Position numbers and translations under genes: made by a program
The notes under the pieces: model-generated
Seen by the model: only the letters and a program-made list of their open reading frames with translations
Database searches by the model: none
What the model was told of the DNA's origin: nothing
Assembly: GCA_050298595.1 (NCBI GenBank)
Contig: JBNKUM010000051.1
Coordinates: forward strand, 1 to 54,052
DNA from: Gammaproteobacteria bacterium
Lineage (GTDB): Bacteria; Pseudomonadota; Gammaproteobacteria; GCA-001735895
Length of the DNA: 54,052 nucleotides
Direction of reading: 5' to 3'
In this document: positions 37,416 through 45,804 of the stretch, in pieces
Numbering within the stretch: the first letter of the stretch is position 1
Layout of the letters: every line of letters starts with the position of its first letter

Positions 37416-38177
37416 GTGGTTCCGGTAGTGTCTACACATGACGATGATGCTACGCCTACTGCGAACTGCGCAACCTGTCCTCATCGAGAAGATCGCCTGA
37501 ATAAGGGGCGGTGTCATCCCGGAGATATCTGTGTTAGAGCCATGAGTGGCCGCCAGATAGCGCGTTTCTTTACCATTAACCCTGACCTTGCGGAACAATA
37601 TGCGGGGGATGATTTTTGGGAGCGACGTGCGATAGCCGCAAAATACCTGTCTCAACAACGCTTATTGAAAATGCTGGACGATCCAGATGAGGTCGTTAGA
37701 AGAGTGCTGGCTTACCGATTGCCGGTAGACGAACTGTATCGCTTACTGGATGATCCTGATCGAGAAGTTCGTATCACCGTGGCAGATCGAATTCCGCTGG
37801 ATCAACTGGAAGCACTGGTGAAGGATGAGGATTATCTAGTGCGACAGTATGTTGCCAAACGGCTCAAGCCAGGGCGACTTTTTCGTATGATTAATGATAC
37901 GGATAGCGAGGTTAGAAAAACGGTAGCCCGAAGATTACCTTCGGAGAGTCTGGAATTGATGATGCATGATGCTTCCGACGAGATACGCATTGCTGTAGCA
38001 GAACGAATCGAGTTGGAATCGATCACGCCTATGATGAAAGACAGGGACTGGCGTGTAAGAGTAGCGATTTGTCAGCGCGTTCCGCTAGAGATGCTTGATC
38101 CGTTACTGAATGATGAAGATGAAGATGTGCGAACCTTTGCTCTGGAAAGACTAAAACAGCTATCAAACAATGAATAA
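37416..38177 (+). CDS. lrv: Leucine-rich repeat variant protein with N-terminal Fe-S motif
   Basis: CxxCPH..C....C; 24-aa repeats L..DPD..VR..VA.R; start may be the GTG at 37428. Confidence 0.9.
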   Translation: MVPVVSTHDDDATPTANCATCPHREDRLNKGRCHPGDICVRAMSGRQIARFFTINPDLAEQYAGDDFWERRAIAAKYLSQQRLLKMLDDPDEVVRRVLAYRLPVDELYRLLDDPDREVRITVADRIPLDQLEALVKDEDYLVRQYVAKRLKPGRLFRMINDTDSEVRKTVARRLPSESLELMMHDASDEIRIAVAERIELESITPMMKDRDWRVRVAICQRVPLEMLDPLLNDEDEDVRTFALERLKQLSNNE

Positions 38178-39117
38178 ATATATCGAGAACAATCAACAGC
38201 TGGTCGAGCTTTGTAATAAGACGAGTACTGATCAGGGGATAGACGCAATACTTACGGGACTCGCGCCTATATTTCCCGAGTTGCAATTCGAGCATGTGTT
38301 ATCGCGCGGTGGCTGGTATCGCCTGGGTGGTGTGGTGGATGCAAATTCCAATCGAATCACTGACAATATTGCCAGCTGGGCCGAGCAGGAAAGTGGCGGT
38401 GATCCGGAACAGCTAGTGCTGAAATACATCGACTCAGTTTACTTTGCCACCAGACTGTCAGGTCAGACGCATTTTTTAACCGTCTCTACGGGTGATAAAC
38501 CGGAGCAGTTTATCCAGTTAGAGATCGAAGAAATACAGGAAGTACTGGATAGGCCACTGGTAGAACGTGACTGGTTTCCGGATAGTATGCAGGATTTTCT
38601 TGACCCGATAGATTACACAAAGTTAGAACCTGAACCTGTCGGTAAATCCCGCTACATCTTCCGCCGCATCACCAATATGGATCAACTGATACATCAAACA
38701 GCCATTGAGAGTCGGCATTTAAAAAACATCCGTCGATTTCTTGAAGACTGGCAGCATAGTAGTGCAAACGACACAGCCTGTTTCTGTCAACACTGGGTAC
38801 TTGCATTACGAGAGTTTGCAGATAGAGATGGATACAGGCAGGTTAATGCCAAGCCGGTCGCAACCAGTTCTAAAGGGCCTGCCGAATTACCAGAAATCGA
38901 AGGTAAATCCGGAGCCGAGCTGTCTACTGCAATACAACGCTATGACAATGTCATGGGCTATCATTTCTCCTGGTTTTTCATGATGCTCAGCAGTCAGTCT
39001 GATAACTTCGTATTGGCTGACGCTGTGTTACGTGATCAGTCGGGTGAGTATGACTATATTCCTGTTAAAGACCTTAAAGTGTTAACTGACTGGGCTACTG
39101 ACCCATATAGTGTTTAA
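38170..39117 (+). CDS. Hypothetical protein, last gene of the nifH operon
   Basis: Overlaps the lrv stop; RGGWYRLGGVV, FIQLEIEE motifs. Confidence 0.8.
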   Translation: MNKYIENNQQLVELCNKTSTDQGIDAILTGLAPIFPELQFEHVLSRGGWYRLGGVVDANSNRITDNIASWAEQESGGDPEQLVLKYIDSVYFATRLSGQTHFLTVSTGDKPEQFIQLEIEEIQEVLDRPLVERDWFPDSMQDFLDPIDYTKLEPEPVGKSRYIFRRITNMDQLIHQTAIESRHLKNIRRFLEDWQHSSANDTACFCQHWVLALREFADRDGYRQVNAKPVATSSKGPAELPEIEGKSGAELSTAIQRYDNVMGYHFSWFFMMLSSQSDNFVLADAVLRDQSGEYDYIPVKDLKVLTDWATDPYSV

Positions 39118-39118
39118 A

Positions 39119-39183
39119 TCTGGATTCCTCAGTTGACCGCATCAGGATTCCCCTCAAATCCAGGCTCAACTGCGGATTCCAGG
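39119..39183. mobile_element. Minimal 65-bp MITE with 5-bp TTAAA target duplication (IS1380-like ends)
   Basis: TCTGGATTCCTCAGTTGA...TCAACTGCGGATTCCAGG; TTAAA at 39114-39118 and 39184-39188. Confidence 0.75.
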
Positions 39184-39241
39184 TTAAAGCGGATGACAGT
39201 CATTTATCTGTAGACAGGCCTGTTAATTTTTCATATTCATA

Positions 39242-39270
39242 TTGACACTTTCTTAACAGTCATCCAGTAT
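39242..39270 (+). promoter_or_regulatory. sigma70 promoter
   Basis: TTGACA-N17-CAGTAT. Confidence 0.6.
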
Positions 39271-39277
39271 TTGCGGT

Positions 39278-39346
39278 ATGAACGAACTAGCTAAAATTTC
39301 TTCACAAAAGATGACCATCATTCTCAATGAATGGTGGGTATGCTAG
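39278..39346 (+). CDS. Putative Trp leader peptide MNELAKISSQKMTIILNEWWVC
   Basis: Tandem TGG TGG near the C-terminus; lies between a promoter and a strong terminator. Confidence 0.6.
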   Translation: MNELAKISSQKMTIILNEWWVC

Positions 39347-39361
39347 TTTTCGACTAGTTTT

Positions 39362-39391
39362 AAAAAAACCCGCCCAGGAGGCGGGTTTTTT
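39362..39391 (+). terminator. Intrinsic terminator/attenuator
   Basis: AAAAAAACCCGCC-CAGGA-GGCGGGTTTTTT, 41 bp upstream of the next CDS. Confidence 0.85.
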
Positions 39392-39432
39392 GTTTCTGTC
39401 TCCAGGGGTTTAGAAATGCCACAGGAGGCAAT

Positions 39433-39762
39433 ATGAGTGATAGTGATTTAACGCCGCAAATAAGTCGCGAAGATCAGGCTGATGATATTGTAGACTTTGA
39501 TTTAGTGACTGGAGTGTTCACCAGAAATGCAGCTTTGCTGATATCAAGAAGCTATTTGATTTCACCTCAATTCGTAGCAGGATCCGAAGTATCCGGCAAG
39601 GTGGATGCGTTTTTTATTTACTACTATGACGATTATCTAGAATGGATGTACGCAGTTGATGATTCAGGTAATGTCAGATTTGTGTATACCTACTGCAAAA
39701 GAAACCTGCCAACAGATTGCGAAACTGAAGTTGATGCAGACAGTTATCGGGAAGCATGTTAA
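39433..39762 (+). CDS. Acidic hypothetical protein
   Basis: Strong AGGAGG RBS; 109 aa. Confidence 0.6.
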   Translation: MSDSDLTPQISREDQADDIVDFDLVTGVFTRNAALLISRSYLISPQFVAGSEVSGKVDAFFIYYYDDYLEWMYAVDDSGNVRFVYTYCKRNLPTDCETEVDADSYREAC

Positions 39763-39848
39763 GGCTCTTGTAGAGCCTGAGATGGTGCCCATAAAAGCGG
39801 GAAGAAAAGATGGCCACCTTTGCCTTAAACTCTCAACAGGCAGGCCAT

Positions 39849-39877
39849 AAAAAAACCCGGCATATTAGCCGGGTTTT
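39849..39877. terminator. Bidirectional intrinsic terminator
   Basis: AAAAAAACCCGGC-ATATTA-GCCGGGTTTT between convergent genes. Confidence 0.88.
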
Positions 39878-39900
39878 GATAAGGGTTTAGATTTGAAAAT

Positions 39901-42699
39901 CTATGGAGTAATTTGCCACAGCTTATTTAGAAGCTCTGTTTTTCTCGTATCGAAAATACTGTCTCCATTACCGTCACCCCAGGAACCCCAAAGATCTGAC
40001 GCGGATATGGGGTCGTAGCGGGTTTTGATCCAGCCATAAGTATCGGCTGATTCCGGATTAATAGACCAGTAACAGCCATGGATATTATTATCCAGCATGT
40101 AATTTACAAATGCATGTTGCCATTGCTCATCTACGTTGGTGGTGATGTGAGACCACTGGTTTTTAATCGTTGATGTAACCTTGCTGGCAGGCCAGTCCAT
40201 GTTTCCGCCGAATTCACCGACGACTACGGCATAGCCCTGATCTCTAAGGAAACCAAAATGCTGATGCCATCCCTTGCGCAGAACCTGCGAGTCGATCACG
40301 ATTTTGCAATCCTTGGCTGCAGCTTCATCACCTTCTAGATTCGCACACTCGGTTTGAGCAGGATCCATAAATTGAGGCTGAACAAACACTGAGGGTCCAT
40401 AGGTATGGGGTGACAGAACAAGGCGATCCTGAGGAATATTCAGCGGGTCGCTTGCAAAGCCGTACAGGTTTTCACCCCAGTTAGGGATGAGCTCTTTATT
40501 AGCACCGTATTCGCTCAGTTTACTATTCCCTTCAACGAAGATCAGAACATCTTTATTGACCGAATTGATGGCGCTATAGGCCTTTTCGGCAAGCGTACTC
40601 CACTCTTCCCAGGTGTACTCCCAGGGTTCGTTATAAATATCTATGCCTATCACATTGTCGATACCAAGGTCACTTGGAAGCAGAGCGATTTTCTGCAGAT
40701 CAGCAAGCCACTTTTCTTCGTTGTATTCGTCGACATTCATGGTCACCGTTCTACCGTCTTTAAGCTTGACCTGTTTACCTATGTCAGCCGCATTACAGGA
40801 CCATTCCTCGCGGGTAAACTGATACCCTTCACGATTGGCATCCGTCCAGGGTGGGGCTGCGTCAATTCGTCCGGCACGCCATCCAATGTAATTGGAGCAG
40901 GAATGTATATCGATCAGAACCTTGACGTCATATTTATCTGCTGTTCTCAGAAATTCCTTCAGACCTTCCAGTGCATTTTGCTGTTGCACGCTAGGGTGAT
41001 TTTTCAATGACCCACCATTTTTCTGTGAAGCATCTCCCATACCTTGAGGGTCGGTTGGGTCCAGGGTTTGAGGAGAAATAGGCAGACGAATCATATTGAT
41101 CCCTTTCGCCTTAATTTCCTGCATATCAGAATCGATGGAGCGTCCTGAGCCCTGGCTACTGTTAAACCACCACATATTGCCGATATAAAGTTCCATGGGT
41201 GCACCGTCGGCATTGTTTTCGGAGTTCTTTGGTTCCTGCTGGCCATCCAGACCAAACCAGTTACCGCATCTTACAGGAAAGATCTTACCGTCTTCAGTAA
41301 TATTACCATTTGCATCGATACGGAATTTGCCCGCTACAGATCTGTCGTTATTAACTGGTGTGACAACCGGGTAAGTGTCTTCCCACTCGATGGCATAATC
41401 TCCAGAGGTCGTATTATCAGGATCTCGTACAGTATCAGTTGGTGCCGGAGTATCAGTTGGTGCCGGAGTCGGCGTCGGAGTCGGTTCCTGATTCGGATTC
41501 GGAGTCACTGTTGGAACTGGTGTCGGTTCGACAGGGTTGCTGCTACAACCTACGCGAGTACTGCTCAGTGCAAGATCATCCAGCCAGATGTTGAAGTTCG
41601 GCGGTGTCGAACCGCCCTGGTAGAGCTGCCAGCCCAGGCGGATCTTATTGAAGTTCGGGAAGATGAAGTCTCCGTTGCCGTTTCCGTGCACCTTGGTCGA
41701 CACACTAAGCTCAGGCTTTGCCACACCGTCGATCCAGACATTGACAGCATTGTTGGATGCGTCCATCTGCCATTCCATGCATGTCCACTGGCCACTCGCC
41801 GTTGGCGTAGTGTCCTGCCAGCTGGTCCAGTCACCTGTTGAACCACCGTCACTACCCACGCCCCACAGCGGTATGTTGTTGGCATGACCCGGTATATACT
41901 GGCCGCCGACAGGACGTACAAGAGTGCTGTTGCCACTACCAGAGGCTTCAACCATCGTAAAATGCGCATAGTCTGGCCTGGTAGGGAAGGCGTCCACCCA
42001 CAGGCGCATGCGACCATAAAAGCTGTTACCAGTAGGTGCGAACGTGTTTGGCACCAGAAAGGCCATACCATTGTCAGTCGTCGTCAGGTGCAGTGCCTTA
42101 TTGCCGTATGCATGGGTATTGTCGATGCTCGCTGTTGCTGCACGGCTTTCGATAGACCAGGTAGTGCTTACAGCGCTAGTACCCGTGAAAGATTCAAAAT
42201 CCTCACAGAACAGATCTACATTTGTGCAAGTGCCAGAGGTGCTGGGCTCCGGTGTTGGTACTGTTGTCGGCACAGAAGTCGGCACAGAAGTCGGTACAGA
42301 AGTCGGAATAGAAGTCGGAATAGAAGTCGGAATAGAAGTCGGAATAGAAGTCGGTACAGAAGTCGGTACAGAAGTCGGTACAGAAGTCGGTACAGAAGTC
42401 GGCACAGAAGTCGGTACAGAAGTCGGAATAGAAGTCGGAATAGAAGTCGGAACCGGAGTTGGTATTGGCGTCGGGTTAGAAGTACCGTTGTTGCTATCTC
42501 CTCCGCAGGCAGATAAAGAAAGGACCATTGCCAGCATCAACAGAAAGCCGACACTCGAAGAACCTCCGCTTGCCGTGAGGTTTGTTTGATAAGCTTTTGC
42601 CCGAGGAGGGGCAGCAAATGTACCGAGGGTAACGAGAGATACTAGAAAGTGAGCCAGAACTATACGCTTTGGCAGCATGCCTGGAGTATTGGGAAACAT
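39901..42699 (-). CDS. Secreted/lipoprotein multidomain glycanase: PTS(V/I) linker, Cip1-like beta-sandwich, PT linker, GH5 catalytic domain
   Basis: LSAC lipobox; FCEDFE..W.C.EW..D..V.IDG..WLDDL; GH5 motifs RLP, IDIH, YNEP, SPHTYGPSV, GEFGG, YWSINPES. Confidence 0.88.
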   Translation of the reverse strand: MFPNTPGMLPKRIVLAHFLVSLVTLGTFAAPPRAKAYQTNLTASGGSSSVGFLLMLAMVLSLSACGGDSNNGTSNPTPIPTPVPTSIPTSIPTSVPTSVPTSVPTSVPTSVPTSVPTSIPTSIPTSIPTSIPTSVPTSVPTSVPTTVPTPEPSTSGTCTNVDLFCEDFESFTGTSAVSTTWSIESRAATASIDNTHAYGNKALHLTTTDNGMAFLVPNTFAPTGNSFYGRMRLWVDAFPTRPDYAHFTMVEASGSGNSTLVRPVGGQYIPGHANNIPLWGVGSDGGSTGDWTSWQDTTPTASGQWTCMEWQMDASNNAVNVWIDGVAKPELSVSTKVHGNGNGDFIFPNFNKIRLGWQLYQGGSTPPNFNIWLDDLALSSTRVGCSSNPVEPTPVPTVTPNPNQEPTPTPTPAPTDTPAPTDTVRDPDNTTSGDYAIEWEDTYPVVTPVNNDRSVAGKFRIDANGNITEDGKIFPVRCGNWFGLDGQQEPKNSENNADGAPMELYIGNMWWFNSSQGSGRSIDSDMQEIKAKGINMIRLPISPQTLDPTDPQGMGDASQKNGGSLKNHPSVQQQNALEGLKEFLRTADKYDVKVLIDIHSCSNYIGWRAGRIDAAPPWTDANREGYQFTREEWSCNAADIGKQVKLKDGRTVTMNVDEYNEEKWLADLQKIALLPSDLGIDNVIGIDIYNEPWEYTWEEWSTLAEKAYSAINSVNKDVLIFVEGNSKLSEYGANKELIPNWGENLYGFASDPLNIPQDRLVLSPHTYGPSVFVQPQFMDPAQTECANLEGDEAAAKDCKIVIDSQVLRKGWHQHFGFLRDQGYAVVVGEFGGNMDWPASKVTSTIKNQWSHITTNVDEQWQHAFVNYMLDNNIHGCYWSINPESADTYGWIKTRYDPISASDLWGSWGDGNGDSIFDTRKTELLNKLWQITP
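42271..42450 (-). repeat. 15 x 12-bp tandem repeat encoding PTS(V/I)
   Basis: Unit NAYAGAAGTCGG on the + strand, counted directly. Confidence 0.97.
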
Positions 42700-42819
42700 C
42701 TTAATTTAAACCCCTGTTTATTGTTGACACTGAATTAACAACGCAAGTACCGGGAAGACTTTTTGCTTGCATTCGCAATATTGATCACAATTTTTCAATG
42801 AGATCATAAGTGTCGACCA

Positions 42820-43740
42820 AACTCTCCCTAAAACACGATCAGGATTCTAATGCCTGATTTGTGAAGAGTTCTTTTCTGCCTCTTTCGAAAAGCCCCCAGA
42901 CGCAACTGCCAGTGAATGCTATACACCCCGTCTCTATAATTCAAGTGAGGGTAATTGCATCGATATTTACCGGGATCAGAACATTTTCGATAAAAAACAT
43001 GGGGCTATTTCAGTATGTCCCCTAAAAAATAAATTCAGAAATCACTGTCCGCAATTTATTTTCATGGGATAATTTAAACAGATAAATACATGAGATAAAT
43101 ATATGGCCAATTTCAACTCAGATTTGTAGAAATTTTGCGCGTGTTTAAGTCCGGCCCCTTTAATAAATATCCAGATTCTGTTCTGTTGATTACCCGTAGA
43201 CCTGAAAGTCATTTTAAGCCGAAAAGAATGCGCTTCAACTCAACATTCAGCGCGGGATGGTTTTATGTTGAGTGCAAAAATCAAATAATTGATATTTAAA
43301 ATATAAATACACATCCCTTAAAGATAACCTGCAATACACGATATCGGAGTTAAATATGTGAATTTTCGCACAAACTTTAAGCAGGTATTTTTAAATTGTG
43401 GAGCCCAAAAAATCAGGCCTGCTAATGAATATTTCCGAATGGTATTCAGTGTAACCTGTGTTATCAGAGATCGAGGCCAGGCTGAAGTTTAACTGTAGAC
43501 CATGAGGGGTAAAGCATGTCAAATCGTGCTTTAGTACGGCGGCAAGGGTTTGACAATTTTGTCATACAAAAAGCCTTAAGCTGTGAATTTTATACATCAT
43601 CACTTACTCTGGCCCAATTAAAAAGTGTGTTTGCTGATACAGAGTGAAAAGTTACTCCTGAAACCGATTAATCTCTGCTTTATAGTGACCCAATAAAGCC
43701 CTGCTAAGGAAAATATTATGTGACATATTTAACAGCATTT
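42820..43740 (-). promoter_or_regulatory. Paralogous ~0.9-kb non-coding upstream block, copy A
   Basis: Reverse complement aligns colinearly with 44761-45670 and 52825-53716. Confidence 0.75.
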
Positions 43741-43919
43741 TTAAAAATTTTGTAGCAATTTAAGCGGCGTGATAATTCCTCTAACAAGCTTTGTGGGAAG
43801 ACCTTTCAATTGACTACCCTTTTCAGGGTGTACATACGGCCTTTTGTTCCATTTGATACCTCCTGTTTAGCCTCCAGCCGAAAGAACATGAGATAAGAAA
43901 ACCCTTAGACCTCTACGAG

Positions 43920-44291
43920 GTGAAAGCTAACCCATGCCGTTACCATACACGGGAGTTGGCCAGGACTTATAGCGGCACCTCCTTGAGGGTTGTTCAGAGC
44001 ACGCTAATCAGCGCTGATCCTGAATTTACCATACAGACCGATAACTACGAGCGGCAGGTACTGAAATCTAATCAACAATGTTTGGTTGTTCTCAGCTTTT
44101 TGAGTCAGGAAGAGGGTAAGAAAGCAGCCGCAGTGTCATTCAGTATAACCAGTACCCAAACCCCGACGGTTACTGTAGCAATCTCGGCAGAGGTAGTGCC
44201 AGCACCAATACCGATTCCTAAGCCAGAGCCAACGCAAGAGCCCTGGCCTGTACCAGATCGCTACATACCGGCCTTTGAGTTTGATGATTAG
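43920..44291 (+). pseudogene. Possible relic of another secreted protein (Ig-like segment plus Pro/Thr linker)
   Basis: TSTQTPTVTVAISAEVVPAPIPIPKPEPTQEP; no signal peptide or RBS; ends next to a MITE. Confidence 0.35.
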
Positions 44292-44384
44292 TGGGAGCAT
44301 TCCATAGAATTCATAAAAAAGCACCGTTTTTTTAGGGGTAGCAGGAGCATCACTAGGAAAAGTAGAGGTCCTCTCTTTTTTAAA

Positions 44385-44722
44385 CCTGGATTCCGCTGTT
44401 GACAGCTCGCATAGGAGGGTAACCCACTGTTTTGTAGAGTATAACAGTCAATTTTTTCACCCAGCAGATGAGTCCCGCTACAAGGTGAATAGCACGTTTG
44501 AGGCGGTGTATCTCTGCGTTGCCTATAGGGACATAGGTAAGGGGCGTGAGCAGGAGGCGGAAGCTTTGCCTATAGGGACATAGGTAAGGGGCGTGAGCAG
44601 GACGCGGAAGCTTTGCCTATAGGGACATAGGTAAGGGGCGTGAGCAGGACGCGGAAGCTTTGTTACTCCTTGATCTACACCACATCAAACGCACCACAGC
44701 CCGTCCAACTGCGGATTCTAGG
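44385..44722. mobile_element. 338-bp MITE with IS1380-like ends
   Basis: CCTGGATTCCGCTGTTG...CAACTGCGGATTCTAGG; flanks TTAAA / TTGAA. Confidence 0.75.
44521..44661. repeat. 3 x 47-bp tandem repeat nested in the MITE
   Basis: GCCTATAGGGACATAGGTAAGGGGCGTGAGCAGGASGCGGAAGCTTT at 44521, 44568 and 44615; one substitution. Confidence 0.97.
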
Positions 44723-44760
44723 TTGAAGGATTGTCGCGCAGCAAAATCCCCCTCTCCATG

Positions 44761-45670
44761 TTGTTGAATATGTCACAAAGTATTTGCATCTGCATGGCTT
44801 AGTTGGGTAATTTTTAAACAGTGATTGATAGTATTTAGAAGCAATTGGTCACTCTAAGTTAGCAAGAAAATTCAAATGGGGGCAAAGTTAATTAGATGTT
44901 TACTATGCCCCAGTTTAAGGTTTTTTTTTACGACATTGTCATGCTCTGGTTAGCATGCTAAAGCGCGATTTGACGAGCCTTTAGAACCCTTGATATACCG
45001 GTAAACTACGGCCTGGCTTCGATCTATGATCATACAGGTCGTACTTAATCCCCTTCGGAAAATATTTATTACCAGACCAGGTTTTAAGGGTTACCTGCGT
45101 TAAAAGGTCTGTCTCATGTTTATGCAAAAAGTCACATAACTATTTTTCGATATTACACCTGCTGGTTATCTTAATGAAAAATGGCATTGATATATTAAAT
45201 GTTAAGTATTTGATTATTGTGTTTAGCATAAAGGTCTTCCTCGCTGGTTATTGAGTTAAAGCGCGTATTTACAGGCTTAAAAACAGTCTCAGGCCTGGCG
45301 CTGATCAATATCGCGGAATCTGCATTTTTATAAAAGGGGGTGAATGATTTATGCGCTTAAAAAAGCATTAATTAAAGAGTTGATATTGGCCATGAATTGA
45401 TGGAGATAAGAGAACCCGGGTAAAAAAAATGCAACAGGGTTTGCTGAGCTTATTAAAAAGGGGTCTATGTGATACCCCTGGCGTTTTTATCAAATATTTT
45501 CCGATCTCAGTAAATTTTGATCTAAATAACAATGCTTGAATTAAAGAGGTAGGGTGTATAGGATTAATGGTCGGTTGCATTGAGCAACTTTTAGTATGAG
45601 GCAAAAAGAGCTCTTCACAAGTCAGGAATTAGAATCCTGAGCCTGCTTTAGGGGGAGCTATGCTTTTAAA
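44761..45670 (+). promoter_or_regulatory. Paralogous ~0.9-kb non-coding upstream block, copy B
   Basis: CRP-like sites 44762-44777 and 45121-45136, IHF consensus 45203-45215, TCAGGA-N7-TCCTGA 45622-45640 containing TAGAAT. Confidence 0.75.
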
Positions 45671-45804
45671 GGCAGGAGTGATGAGCTTGTTATTTCGTGA
45701 TTTAACCGAGTCGAAATCAGCAGGGCCATTTCTCTGTTTGAGAGTGTAAACAACAGAATACCTACTGTTCCGTTGCAGTGAATAAGATACCTGGAGTATG
45801 AGGG

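Noticed and set aside
39283-39300. TrpR operator
   Set aside because: Only a half-site (GAACTAG); the second half does not match
41884-42589. RSRN/GTEV-repeat ORFs
   Set aside because: Antisense frames kept open by the stop-free 12-bp repeat
44521-44661. CRISPR array
   Set aside because: The 47-bp units are contiguous with no unique spacers, and no cas genes are present
45368-45604. Short ORFs inside the 0.9-kb blocks (also 53325-53579)
   Set aside because: Frames and peptides are not conserved between copies, so they do not explain the similarity
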